64,000 nucleotides of DNA from positions 23,312,001-23,376,000 of the forward strand of contig NC_091994.1 of the NCBI RefSeq assembly GCF_044704955.1. The letters are read 5' to 3'. The position numbers and the translations under genes are program-made. The DNA comes from Pristiophorus japonicus (Eukaryota). The notes beneath the pieces are model-generated. The model saw only the letters and a list, made by a program, of their open reading frames with translations, made no database searches and was not told the DNA's origin. The number at the start of each line of letters is the position of its first letter. Position 1 is the stretch's first letter. Positions 13,131 through 25,874 of this stretch are shown piece after piece.

Positions 13131-13874
13131 GGCCCAGAAATTTCTCTCGAGGACTTCCTGCGGGCAAAGCACTGTAGAATAGAAATAAAATGCGCACTTA
13201 CCTTAAGCTGCTGCACCTGCTGGAGATCCCGGTCCGGAGGCCCCTCATGATTGCGCGTCGCAGCGCGTTCATGTTGGGCGGTCCGCAGGAGTCACGTTGG
13301 CCTGGACACCCAATCACTGGTAAGTATTTTCTCATTCATAGTAATAGGAGATTTGTAAGTTACGAATCTCTTATTACTATGAATGACAAAAACCCTAAAA
13401 TGCACAAACACTACATAAAACATTTTTTTTTAAAACACCTCCACAATATTCTAATAAATTAAAGTTGTTAAATATTTAAGAAAAAAAATGTATCGATTTT
13501 ATTTTAAAAAAAAAAGTTAGGGCTAGGGTTTAAAATAACATTACCTGAGTGGGCAGGGTTTTAACACTTTTTAATTTTATTTTAGTGTTTTTGATATGTT
13601 TTTAAACTTTTAGCCTACTTTTACAGGCACATCAGGCGGAAGCAGGCGCAAGAGTTTTGAGGACATTTGCCAGGCAAGATATGCGTAAATCCCGCAATCT
13701 TGCCTGTACAAATGTCCTCGCTCCCGATCTGCGGATCATCTGTCAAGCTTCTTGACAGATCGGAAAAGCTGGTTTTCAGCACATGCGCATTGCACGCTGA
13801 AAACCGACTTTTCCGATGCCTTCCCAGGTCCGTAGAAATTTCGTATAGGCCCGGGATGTCGGAATTTCCACGCC
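13131..13874. mobile_element. Non-autonomous PIF/Harbinger-like element (MITE), 744 bp
   Basis: Termini GGCCCAGAAATTT / AATTTCCACGCC (imperfect TIR), flanked on both sides by ATT (3-bp TSD); CpG-rich ends and an AT-rich centre. Confidence 0.72.
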
Positions 13875-15168
13875 ATTAACTTTATTAGGCAAATGGTGAA
13901 CCTGCAATCTGAGCTGTGCAGTATGAACAGTTTCCTTGTCAGAATGTCTTGTAGCCTCTTGATTGACCTTAGCAATCACACTTAACAAAGACAATCCAAG
14001 CCAGGGTTGTGATCTGCAGCCTAAACAGTAATTCAACTTTGACCCCGCCAGTGTTGAGAACAGTTAGATCCTGTGACCTTAAAAGGGCACAGTTTCACCT
14101 TGGCAGCAGAATAATGCTTTCGGCATTATATGGTATATGGCTCTTGCCCTGTTAAAGGCACGTATTAACTGATTAATCACGTGTAACATCATTGGAGATC
14201 CTGTAACTTTAAAAATGGTCACATACCTGTACATATCAGATAACTGATCGAACTCAATGTAAGTTTGCATATTTATCTAACGGGTCTATTGGATTGGCTG
14301 CTGATATTAATTTCTAGATTAGTTGTATGAAAAAGTAAAGTGGGGAATGATTTGTACAACTCAAGTCTGCAAGGTGCAGCCATGGGTTGATCTGCAGACT
14401 AGAGTATATGAGTAAGGCCTAATTCATTAAGATCGGGGCATGGTCCACACTGATGTTCCCATTCCATCCTGCTGAATGTTTTCTCTTTGTCAAACACAAG
14501 GACAATTTGCAGGCAGTTTCTCACTATATGAATATTCAAGCACCAGCTAATATTGTTAAAGGAGCTTTCACATTCAATTAGTTTTCTTCTTTCTCTTATA
14601 AGCCATTTTGAAAGGCAGAAGCTATTGGTTACTGGACAATCTTTATTCCTCTTAAGATCTCACTTCAAAAATGGCAAACGCATCAGACCTCACTAAATTC
14701 AGACAAAAGCTGAACAAGAAAATAATCTAACGGATATATTTAGTTTAAAAAACAATCTAATTCCTTGAGAGAGGCAAAATAAGATTTGTACTTAAATACT
14801 AAGCTATTTTGTAACATCTGGCTGTGTTTGCTTTGTTGGTGGTTTCATCCCTCCAGCCTACAGTTCGAAAGCTAGTTTGAACAGCCCTTGCAACACATGT
14901 ATCAAAATAAGTTTGATACAGGAATGTGAGCTGCAATCAATTTCTTCTTAAATTGCTTACTTATAATGACTAAGTTTAAGAAGGGACTGCCACAAATAAA
15001 ACAAGGCAAAAATGCATAATTTTTTTGTGTCTTTTACAAGCAAATTAATTTTAGTCATAGGCCTTGGAAAACTGTCAATAACCTGAACAGAGTTAAATAT
15101 CTTTTTTTTGCCTGTCTGAGTTTGGCTTTTTCATTTTTAGCTAGTGTTTTTTTTAAAGTCTCCTAGAT

Positions 15169-15830
15169 ATGGGCGTCGCTGGCAAGGCCAACATTTATTG
15201 CCCATCCAGTTTCCCTTGACAAAGGGATGGTGAGCTGCCACCTTGTATTGCTGCAGTCCATGTGAAGGTGCTCCTACAATGCTATTGGGTAGGGAGATCC
15301 AGGATTTTTACTTGGCGACAATGAAGGTCAGGATGGTGTGTGACTTGGAGGTGATGGTGTTGCTACGGCCTTTTTAAATGGCGGAGGTCATGGGTTTGGG
15401 AGGTGCGGCTGAAGAATCCTTGGCAAGTTGCTGCAGTGCGCACTGCAGCCTCGATATGCCGATGGTGGAGGGAGTGGATGGCGTACCGATCAAGCGGACT
15501 GCTTTGTCCTGGATAGTGTCAAGCTTCTTGTGTTGTTTGAGCTGCATGCAAGTGGAGAGTATTCCATCACATTCCTGACTTGTGCCTTATAGGTGACTGA
15601 GGCACTCATGGCAGAATGCCCAGCCTCTGACCTGCTCTAGTAACCATACCATTTAGATGGCTGGTCCAGTTCAGTTTCTGGTCACTGGCGACCCCCAGAA
15701 TGTACTCTGTGATGGTAGTAATGCCATTGAATATCAAGGACCTCGTTCATGCTCTCTTTTCTTTGAGATGGCCATTGCCTGTGACATTTGTGTGGCGTGA
15801 ATGTTACCTGCCAATTATCAGCCTAATGTA
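15169..15830 (-). mobile_element. Degenerate CR1-group LINE 3' fragment (different family from the main CR1)
   Basis: Recalled shark LINE 3' end tgggcgtcgctggcaaggcc..catttattgcccatcc, followed by a decayed RT C-terminal region on the minus strand. Confidence 0.55.
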
Positions 15831-16827
15831 GGCTGCAGTATTGTCAGAATTGTCTTGATGGTTTTTCATTTTGCTGTCTGGTGGTCTTTGTTTGTTGCTC
15901 AGTAAATTGATGAGCTTTGTGTAGATGAAGGAGGAAGAATTTTGAGTGTCCTAATGGGAGAGTGTTGTCACTTGAGCTCCTTGCAAATTGAAGTTGGGTC
16001 TTGTCCAGGAGGAGTGTAACTGCGAGGAGATCCAACAGAATTATGGAGCGAATAAGTTATTTTTGTTTTTTCTCCCCCCAAGGAGTCTTTGTTCTATGCC
16101 TCCCACTCCACCATGACATAATTGGTAATTAAGCTGAACCAGGAGGGTTGGTCTTCCCCAGGTACTAAGAATACTTCATATAATTTATCCATGATTGCTA
16201 TACCTGTGTTTATAATATAGAACAATATTGTATAGTGTGCGGAACATTCGTGTCTTGCTGATCGTGAAGCTGCTGAGTGAACAGGAGGGAAGATTAACTA
16301 ATGGTTGTCAGAAACTGGTCACCACAAGTGTTTTCACAGACCTACCAATGATCACGGCTTCTCTTGCCATGATTTAAAAATAACAGTAAAAAGTTGTGTC
16401 TCTATGCATGCTCTGTCTGTAGTCAGTTGGTGCATGTAAGTTTTTTGATTAGATGTGTATGTAAAAACAAAATGGCAGTCATATGATCCAGATAGATCAT
16501 GAAAATGGCTTGTGTGGGAAGCCAGTAGGTGACCCCTTTTGTAGCTTGCTCTATTGCATCATAAATAGGGCTTCAGCAGCAGAAAGGAGTAATGACAAAT
16601 GTTTGACGTGCTATAAGAATAACTGAAATTATATAGATGCAAAATTAAAATGTCATGACTTCAATTTATTGCTGCAAGTTTCCATTTAGGACCCACCACT
16701 CTTTTTTTATAGCCGGAACATTGACTTTAGAAAATCTGACATGAACCCACTAGACAACTTTCATATTTCTTGACTTCATAATGATAAACTAGAGCTGAAT
16801 CATTTGAATATCAACATACAAAAATAA

Positions 16828-19140
16828 GGATGGAAAAAGACCATCTTGTCTGAAATTCCTCAATGCCCTGAAGCACTCTTACAAGCACTAGGAGACCACA
16901 CTAATTCATGAGTCTCCTATTCCCAGCAACCTGAAACTTGCTTTTTATTACTTGAATACTCCTATTAGTACTATGTCTGACTCCCTTTCGAAAGAATTCA
17001 AGGAATCCATGCACACTGCATGCTTTTGTAATCATTTGCCAAGGACGATGACTATGAAAATAAATACTTCCTAGCATCTCACCTAACTCTCTGCCTATGT
17101 GTTTTATAATCACGTCCCCTAGGTTTCACAACCCTATCATTCTTAAATAGCTCATCCAACTTGATGGAATCTATTCCCTTAATCATTTTAAAAATGTCTT
17201 TCTCTCTCTGCATTTCTCTAATGAAAATAGGCCAACTCTGGGAGTCTATCTCCATAGCCAATAGACCTAAGAATGAGAATTACTTTGGCTGCCCTCCTGA
17301 TATTCACTCGCATGTGTGGGAATCAGAAATGAACATAATTCCTGTATTCCAAACGTGGCCATATCAAACTCAAGATACATCTAAGTATCGTATTCTTAAT
17401 TTCCTATTCCCTAGCCATGAAACCCAAATCCTTGTTTGCTTTCAACAATAACAACTTGTATTTATATAGCGCCTTTAATGTAGTAAAACATCCTAAGGTA
17501 CTTCACAGGAGCGTGTTAAAACAAAATCTGACACCGAGCCACATGAGATATTAGGGAAGGTGACCAAAAGATTGGCCAGAGGTAGGTTTTAAGGAGCGTC
17601 TTAAAGGAGGGGAGAGGTTTAGGGAAGGAGTTCGAGTTTAGGGCTTTGGCATCGGGAGTGCTCATGAGGCCAGAATTAGAGGAGCATAGATATCTTGGAG
17701 GGTTGTGAGGCTGGAGGAGATTGGAGATAGGGAGGGGTAAGGCCATGGATGGATTTGAAAACCAGCTGAGAATATCAAAATCTTTCTTTGGGTCTTGTCT
17801 CACTGCTTATGAACTTTCAATGATTAATGCATTATCATCCCCCAGGTACACCTGCTTCATCAACTTTTAGTGGGTACACTAGCATTGCGTGCACATGCTT
17901 GGAGTTTGCCATTGCATTTATTCACATTGAAGAGCATCGACACACAGGCCCGTTTCCCGTAACGTAACTAAATTAACCTGTACATGACTTGATTTTGATC
18001 TAAATTACAAGCCTTCGCACTTTTCTTTTGGTCATATGCAAATTTGTGATTAGTTCCATTAATGCGTTCATCTAAATTATTTATGAAAATGATGAACAGC
18101 AACAGCTCCGCAGCACTTTGTAACCTGACTCCATGCAGATCTCCTATTGATAGCCCTCTTCCTATGAGATTACAATCAATTTCCCATGCAGCATAACATC
18201 TGACTGCCAGTTCCACACACACAAATCTGACCAGTGGCATTTTGCCGAATCCTTTCTGGAAACCGAGGTATACAACATCAACTAGATTGTCACCATCCAC
18301 TAATTTTGGTAATTTCTTCAAAAGAACTCAATCAGGTAAGTGAAACTGGATCTCCATTTCCTAAAGTCGTGCTGAGATTCTCTACTAATTGCTGACCTCT
18401 CCAGGTGATGATGAATCCCATCCTTTATAATGCCTTCCAACACTTTTCCTATTACCAATGCCAGACTAAGTGGGACTTGCCAGAGAGAGTGCACTGTCTT
18501 TTCCAGTCCTATTCATTCCTGAGCCTGGCCTATAATTCCCGCAGTCTGATTTCTTCCTCATCTTAAATATTGCAACCACGTGAGCTTCCCTTCAGTGCAA
18601 TGGAACAATACCAGACCAATTGAATGTATGACACTGTCTCGCATAATATGTCAGCAATTTCTTTCGACACCCTGAAGTAAATATCATCAGGTCCAGCAGC
18701 CTATCGGCCTTAATTGTACTGAAGATCATTTGCTTCTATGGAATTAATTTTAGGAGTGCCCATATCTGGGACTGGTGGTACTGTAGCATTTTCAATACTG
18801 ATAAAAGATGCAAAGTATCCATTTAGCATGTAAGCCATATCAAACCTAACCCATGTTGCTAAATCTCTCGAAGGGCCCATACAGTCCTTAATTACTTTCT
18901 GGCTTCTGACATAACTGAAAAAAGCTTTACTATTGCTATTACATCTATCCGCAGTCCTTTTTTCTAATGCTGTTTTTCTGGTGCTGTTTTTTGAAGCCAT
19001 TAAAAAAAAATGTCCAGCATCATGTTATGTTCTGAAGAAGAACCCTGCTCAAAATATCGACCAATCTTTTCTCTCGGTTGCTGGCTGTGCTGTTGTATAT
19101 ATCCAGAACTTTCTATTCATTTGATTTCTAGCATTTTCAT
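16828..19140 (-). mobile_element. Old, heavily degenerate CR1 LINE (ORF2 fragments), interrupted by an L2 3' fragment
   Basis: Minus-strand peptides VDVVYLGFQKGFGKMP, LFIIFINNLD, NSKAFFSYVRS, LNGYFAS and FKMIKGIDS. Confidence 0.7.
17443..17775 (-). mobile_element. L2 LINE 3' fragment
   Basis: aacaacttgtatttatatagcgcctttaa tail; minus-strand SFKTLLKTYL motif typical of the L2 ORF2 end. Confidence 0.72.
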
Positions 19141-19693
19141 TTTTTCCTTTTATTAAGAGTAGGTTATTCCTTATAAGTATCAGTTCAGTATACAGACTAG
19201 TGCTGGGGCTAACTCTTGAGTTGAGCTCTGCTGGAAATATGACTGACTGCCTGCAGTTTTAAATGAAGTAAATTGATGGCAGTTTCTTGCACGGTACTTT
19301 ACAAGCTTAGTTTGAAAGTAGGAATATTCCTCCCATGAAAAATGTAGGTAACAACTGCAGTTGTTCAGTTATATAAAGGTCTTAAAGACATTGGCTGGGT
19401 TTTTCTTGGTGTTCAGTTTTGCACATTGACTTGCAACTTGTTATTGCACATCACCGGGGGTAATGGGGCGGGGCGGGGGGGGAGAAATTTCCCCTGTGCT
19501 ATGTATAACAAAACTGTAAACACATTTGTTTAAAAATAGGCTTCTGATTCTGTTAGAAGTAGCATATAGGAAATTGCCCACACCATTTTGTCTTACTAAA
19601 ATGTGCATAAAAGTGTTTTGTGAAGTGTAGAAGTTGTACTTCCACAATTTTCAAATTGGTACTAAGCAAAATTTTGTGTTTCATAATAATTAG

Positions 19694-19789
19694 GTGCCAA
19701 TGGAAAGTAATGAAGAAAAAGAATCCAATCTAACCACACTCTTCCCAGGACAGAAAAGGAGAATTTCTCACATTTCAAAGCAAGAAAAT
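19694..19789 (+). CDS. REXO1: REXO1 exon 3 (VPMESNEEKESNLTTLFPGQKRRISHISKQEN)
   Basis: AG at 19692-93, GTAAG at 19790; 96 nt, phase 0/0; LTTLFPGQKRRISH matches REXO1. Confidence 0.92.
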
Positions 19790-20149
19790 GTAAGAGGATA
19801 CTTTATCGTTTCAATCATGTCTTTGGGCTTTACATATTTAGGTAGCTTCACCTGTTTATTCACCCGGTACTAGATTTGCTGTTTCAATGAGCATCAAAGT
19901 CAAGAGTGCTCTACCAAAACGATTTGGAAAAACTGAATATATTTGCTTCTTGCTTACCCATCTAACCATTACAGAAAGTTGTGCTGAGAAACATCACTTC
20001 AGTAGTAAATGCATGTTTTCTATTGTGCAGCAGTTGTGAATATTCCCAGTTATTAAAGGGTTAAATTTACTTTTAGAAATTAGTTGATCATTTTGATAAT
20101 GTATGTTAACGATATGAATTCAGACTTTGTTTGATAGCTTAGTGAATGA

Positions 20150-20400
20150 CCACATTGGTACTGAGCAATTCTGACCAGGAAGGTCCTAGAGTCGACCGTT
20201 GGTTTGTACAGAGTTCACTGATCTCAACAATTGTAGTGATTTAGAACATTACAATCACCTTTTGACCCTGGGCTTGGTAAAGGAAAATTGACCCCTGATG
20301 GGAAGTGTGTGAATGTGGTGGTAAGAAAGGAAGGGTTAAACTCAGCAGTGATGCCCTTCAATTGTGTGATGTTCCAGAAGGTTGCCACTTCCTGTAGTAG
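20150..20400 (+). mobile_element. Ancient tRNA-derived SINE (LmeSINE1c-like), degenerate
   Basis: gaccaggaaggtcc..gtcga...gagttcactgatctca head; collinear with the copy at 59775-60040. Confidence 0.5.
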
Positions 20401-21270
20401 CTTACCCTATCACAAGTCACTACCTTCAGGAAACAGGGGAAGGGGAGATTGTTGGAAAAAGAAAGAAAAATGAACTGCACTTCTTTTGTATCTTGCACCA
20501 TTTATGACTTAAACAGACATCAAATTGAACAAAATGTGTGCATCATTCTTGCATTTAGGAATCTATTAAGTGGTAAAACTGCCCCATCTATATTAAGGAT
20601 AATCTAGAAAGCTGATAAGTAGCTGAATGATTGATTGTCCTTATGTACATTGGCCATTGCTCAAGTGATCGGGAACCACAAAACAAGTGTCAGTAAAACT
20701 AATTTTCTGCATGCATCAGATAAAGTAATGTTAACTTGCTGCTCCAGATTCGAACATGAAGCCTACCCACAATTTGTCGTGGCCACAAAGCAACATCTTG
20801 AGTCAAATTTTGGAAACAGTCAATTTCACTCTGCCACTACCAACAGGGTATGAGTCATCCAAATAAATATCTCATTCAACAAAATAAATGTATAGCTCTG
20901 CCATATAATGTGTGGACCTGATGGGCTGAATGGCCGGTTTCTGTGCTGTAAATACTGTGCAAGTTGCCATGGTGTGATTTGAACTTGCGACTTCTGGGTT
21001 GTTAGTTCAGTACTATTAAAGTCTACGCTATTATATCTAAGCTAAAATCAGTGATGAATCAGAGTTCCACTGAGAGGTTACGTTAGTACAATGGCAGTAT
21101 TACACTTTTAAAACCTGATGATTCAGACTCATTTCAATAAAATTTTGCTTCTCAAGCTTCAGCTTGGTATGTGGTATAAAATATGATTATGCATTTTTGA
21201 GGTGGGGGAAAAAAAAAACCTCCTTGCAACAATGAGGGTGCATGCAACAACTAAATGTATTTTTCTTCAG

Positions 21271-21475
21271 GTGGAACCAGCCAAACCAGTCATCCGTCCT
21301 TTTCGTAGATTAACTGCCCAAGAGGTTTGTTATCAGCGGAGTCGGATAGCACAGCAGCAAGTGGCACAGCTGGCAGCAGTGGAAACATCAGTTAGCACAT
21401 CTTTCACCAAACGAGCGGAGAAGAGGAGAGTTGCACATAAGCCAAATGTAGAGATAATGCCCTCCGCAAAACAAT
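21271..21475 (+). CDS. REXO1: REXO1 exon 4 (VEPAKP...TAQEVCYQR...EKRRVAHKPN)
   Basis: ttttcttcAG acceptor, GTAAG donor at 21476; 205 nt, phase 0/1; TAQEVCY and EKRR(I/V)AH motifs. Confidence 0.92.
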
Positions 21476-21989
21476 GTAAGCTGCCCTTTCTGTTTTTGCA
21501 CAACACCAAATGTAACTTTTAATTCAATTGGATTCTTCATAATTCCTGAGAGTACTTTTGCGGCCCAACTTCCTTTCACCTCTGATCTGTGACTAATTTG
21601 CTCTTCCATGTGTCTCTGGGCCTGCATTCATGTCCTCTGGTTGTTGCCCAATCTGGGATTATGTTTTTTCTCTCTTGCTCTCCAACTAAAGAAGGCAGCA
21701 AATGCAAATATGAAGTATGTCATGCAGTAAGTGAAAAATCTCTATTAAAATTGAACTTGGTTATTACAACTCTCAGGAGCTTATTATGTGAGGAATAGGA
21801 GATGCAGACTCATCCTATCACTGGTGTAGTATTTTCCGGTGTTCCAGAGAGTTGCCCTTGAATTAGACATTGATTATGGTTATGACCCTAATCATTCTCG
21901 ATGTTGGTTCTAAAAGTGCAATTCTTCCCCTTGTGTGACTGGTATCATTGAAACTATTTTTGAATCTCTGATGCTATAATGGTAGCAAA

Positions 21990-22325
21990 GCCAGCTCATT
22001 CTCTTTCACTAAGTGACTTATTTAAGGATATGCCTCCAAAGGGTACTGGAAATCTGGAATTCTGTTCTTTCCCTTCTTTTCCCTCCCCTCCCTGCTTCAA
22101 AAAAATTGTTGTTCAGGCTAGGTCAATTGAAATTTTCAAAACTGAGATTGCTAGTTTTTTGTTAGACAGGGTTATTGAGAGTTATGGAACTAAGGCACTT
22201 GGTTCCGTAACTCTCAATACCATTGCCTAACAAAAAGATGGAGTTAAGATACAGGTCAGCCATGATCTAATTGAATGGTGGACTCTATTCGCCATTCTCT
22301 CCTGTTCCTATGTTGCTATGTTCCT
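21990..22325 (+). mobile_element. CR1 3' end fragment
   Basis: IEIFKTEIASFL peptide; gatacaggtcagccatgatctaattgaatgg; cctatgtt tail. Confidence 0.65.
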
Positions 22326-22329
22326 TGAT

Positions 22330-22620
22330 CTGTTACCTTGTCAAAGCAACCATTCTTTCTGTATGAGCCTGGACAGTGAACATTAGCAGACTGTTTTGCC
22401 AAGACGAGCATCACAGATGATCTGATCCTGTCCTTGCCTGACATCTGTTCAACACACACTTTTGTAACTAGTAGTGTAAAGCCATTGGGAGCAGAAGCTC
22501 TGGTGCCTACCTTCCTCCCAGCTCTGTGGCCCCAAGGCCAATTGTAGGGTCCCTACCAGCACCTTTTCTGAAATCAAATTACTCCATACAGATTAAAGGT
22601 CACACCTTTGACTTTCCTAG
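22330..22620 (-). mobile_element. Ancient tRNA-derived SINE (LmeSINE1c-like)
   Basis: gagcctggacagtga...catcacag...tgatcctgtcct...ggccaattgtag; reverse-collinear with 59775-60040. Confidence 0.55.
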
Positions 22621-22825
22621 GATGCACTGATTGCCGTACAAATGCTTTTCATCTTACAAAAATCGTGAATACCAATAATGTCCAGGCTTATGCTGTCAGA
22701 AATATCGTTCATACCTAAAAATACATTTGTGAACTTGAATTTATTATCCTGTATAAACGGTATACGGGTATCATATTTACTGTTGACTTGTCAGACTGTT
22801 TAGTAATGTGTTTTGTGTGCTTTAG

Positions 22826-22989
22826 CTCCAGTGAGGCAGAAGATGGAATCTTTAAACAGAACTCTGGTATTGCCTAATAGTCCAAGAAATCACAGCCTCA
22901 GTTTAAAACCTCAAACAACTGTTGGTATGGCATCAAAAACGGTATCGAGTACAACACAGAAGAGAATAGCTCATGCTCCCACTTTGAAG
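22826..22989 (+). CDS. REXO1: REXO1 exon 5 (...GMASKTVSSTTQKRIAHAPTLK)
   Basis: tttAG acceptor, AAG|GTAAAC donor; 164 nt, phase 1/0; GMASKT..KRIAH motif. Confidence 0.9.
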
Positions 22990-23886
22990 GTAAACTTTCA
23001 TATGCTGCCTCCATACATGCTACAAAATAGAAATCAGCCAGTTTAGAACAGTTGTGTAACAGTGTTTCTCTCACTGTAGTTCCTGACTCTGGTTCTCTTG
23101 CAGCAATTAGTTTGAAGATATTTTCCTCTGCGTCAAGCTATTGCCCTCTTTCAATTATTTTTTAACTATCTTTATTTTAAAGGGGATGCGTTGTGCTGTG
23201 GGATTTCGGTCCATTGTTGTCCGTAGTGCTTTGGTACTTACTGTCCTGCTTCCCCTGTGTGCTATGTAAACAACTCCATTCTCCACATACTACTTTGCTT
23301 TAAATTTTCATTCCTTGTAACACATGATTTTGCCCCTCATTATGGGCTACATGGCGGACATTTTGTCTGCCATCTAGTTTGAAATGTTCTGCCTTTGTGC
23401 AATATGGCACCATCAACAAATATGAAAACAGTAGTGTTACTATGTTACTGTCATGTGAAACTGGACAGATCTCATATCTGTCACAATCACATTGTTGAAA
23501 TGTTCAAAAAAGGACAAGTCTGATGCAGCTACTTTGGAAAACAAAATTCAAGGAAATGATCATCAGTCAACCGCCACTGAGAATTTGCATGCGTTGGGAA
23601 AATCAATTTTAAAAGAAAGTTGCAAAAGCAGATGTTGCCTGACCTGTGTGTTTCCAGCATGGTGGCGTGGTGGGTGGGGAAGAGCCTGCTGTCGGCATCG
23701 AAAAAAACGATACCGCATCTTCTGCACATGCGCAACAAAAAAAAATGACGGTTTTGACATTCTATCAATGGACACGCATGCGCAGTACAGCTCCAGGTTG
23801 GCAGTTGGCCAATTTTAAAGAGCCAGTTGTGTGAGAAGGAGTGCTGTGTGAGAGCATTGGAAAAATCGGATCTGCAGCAATACAAG

Positions 23887-24123
23887 ATGCAACGCAGTGC
23901 AAGGACCAAGAGTTTCTTACAGGATGAAGTGGAGGCACTAGTTACTGTGATTGAGACCAGATGGCAGGAGCTGGACACCGGCAGAGGTCACACAAAAGTT
24001 CAACCCAAAGAAATGAAGAAACGCTTGAACCAAATTGCAGAAGATTACTGTACAATGGTGACCACCATGGGATCTGGAGGCCAGTATAAAAAGAAGTGGC
24101 AGGACTTTGGTCAAATAGTTAGT
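23887..24123 (+). CDS. Harbinger Myb/SANT-like DNA-binding protein, exon 1
   Basis: MQRSARTKSFLQDEVEALVTVIETRW...KKRLNQIA...QYKKKWQDF (Myb_DNA-bind_5/MSANTD-like); donor GTAAGT at 24124, phase 0. Confidence 0.82.
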
Positions 24124-24241
24124 GTAAGTAATATTTTCATTTGTTCAATGCAATTGACATTTGTGAATGTGACCAGCTGTATATGTCCCACCCAACAGAA
24201 AGACACCCTCTCTTTAAAAAGTTGCATTTTCATCTTTGTAG

Positions 24242-24404
24242 AGGAAGGTGGCACATAATAAAAAGGAAAGAACTCAAACAGGAGGGGGCCTGGCAAATCT
24301 GCAGCATTTGACACCCTTGGAAGAGAGGGTCACTGCTTTGATGGGTCCTGCCTGGAGAAAAGCAACCACCATTGCACAAGCTGGGCCCACATTCGAGGGA
24401 GAGG
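24242..24404 (+). CDS. Harbinger Myb/SANT-like protein, exon 2
   Basis: ttttcatctttgtAG acceptor; RKVAHNKKERTQTGGG (the classic post-Myb TGGG motif), LTPLEERV; donor GTAAGT at 24405, phase 1. Confidence 0.82.
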
Positions 24405-24639
24405 GTAAGTCTTGCAAATTCCAGTCTAGCTTTGCTAAATGTTAAGTACTGTGCGGGCTAGCCATGCTTTGGTTCCTGGGGATGTCTCCGTCAGCTACGG
24501 TTCAGTTGATGCAATGTGCTATAATTCATTATGGTCCTTCAAAGCAGCCTGCTGCCTGCGCTGTGTGAGCTGACTCATGCCACCCACCCCGCCCCCTCCT
24601 CTGCTGCTAACCATTTGTCTGTTCTGTTATATTTTGCAG

Positions 24640-25649
24640 AACGTGAGGCCAACCCTGACTATGCAGAAGATTCAGACAAGGATGAGTCTAAAGAGAACAT
24701 CTTCCAATCCCACCCTTCAGACCAAGAGCATGGGGGTGAGGGGGAGGGGATGGAGATGGATGAAGCCCCCACTGTTTTACTGACTTTGGTGGAGGTGCAG
24801 GTGCCGCCCATTGAGGTGCCAGCCCATTCCGTGACGACTGGTTTGAGTGTTAGGAAACCATGGAATGTCCCAACGTCCGAGGCTGAGGATTCCAGTGGTG
24901 TGGTGCAGCGAGGCATGCCCAGGGCCCCACCTTCTGAGGCTGCTTGTTCCAGTGGTATGGTGCAGCGAGGCACACCCAGGGACTCTCCTTCCGAGGCTGA
25001 GAGTCCCAGTGATGGGGTGCGAGCCACACCCATGGGGAGGCGGGGAAGGAGAGCTCGACCGCGCTCTCCTGAGAGGCAGGATCTAACAGATGTGGTTCAG
25101 ATGATAGCAATGAGTGAGGAGAGCATTGATCTTACAAAATCACTCCTGGACACCATCAGTGGTGATGAGGTAGTGGGACTGTCGGGAGAAGTAACCGCAA
25201 TCTCACGAGAAATGGGAATGATGTCCAGGACCATGAGTGAGGGAATATCTGAGTCGGCTGAAACCACGTTAGTGACCATGAGGGAGGGAATGTCACAGGT
25301 AGCTGATGCACTGTCAGTGAACATCAGGGAGGGAATGTCCGAGATAGTGCAAACACTATCACTGAACATGAGGGAGGGAATGTCACAGGTAGTTGAGACA
25401 GTTTTGCTGAACATGCGGGAGGGAATGTTGCAGGTCGTTGAGACACTGTCGGGGCGCACGAGGGACGACATGTTGGAGTTAGCTGCTGCAATAAGGGAAC
25501 ACGCCCAGACCCCACGCCCATTGACAGAATCAACTGTCACTCCCACTCCACATTGCTGCCTGGGCCCTCCGCAATGCCACCTGCTGCCATCTCCTCCCCC
25601 CCCGTCTCCCTCATCAGTTGCGCACTACCTGAGATCTTGGAAAGAATAA
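24640..25649 (+). CDS. Harbinger Myb/SANT-like protein, exon 3 (acidic region, 19-aa and 15-aa repeats)
   Basis: attttgcAG acceptor in a phase compatible with exon 2; open to TAA at 25647-49; spliced total 1410 nt (469 aa). Confidence 0.72.
24876..25032 (+). repeat. 57-nt (19-aa) tandem repeat, ~2.7 copies, inside the Myb ORF
   Basis: Units start at 24876, 24933 and 24990 (SEAxxSSGxVQRGxPRxxP). Confidence 0.85.
25230..25499 (+). repeat. 45-nt (15-aa) tandem repeat, 6 copies, inside the Myb ORF
   Basis: Units start at 25230, 25275, 25320, 25365, 25410 and 25455; consensus NMREGMSQVVETLSL. Confidence 0.88.
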
Positions 25650-25874
25650 GCTTGGTACCAACCCCAGAAACACTGAGCAGGGGTGGTGGAGTCACCAAGA
25701 ACTAGTGTGGCGGGCGATCTTAGAATAAGGTGGAGGAGAGATGGGTGCAGCCTTTCTTTACTGCTGCTGTTAATATTGTTACTGTTGTAACTGCTCTCAT
25801 TAAAAGCTTTTTGTAAATTGAAAAGTTTGTAAGTGATCACACCTGAAAACTTTAAAGTTTAATACAAGAATAAT

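Noticed and set aside
25230-25499. Regularly spaced repeats resembling a CRISPR array
   Set aside because: The 45-nt units are degenerate coding tandem repeats with no unique spacers and no cas genes, in a vertebrate context.
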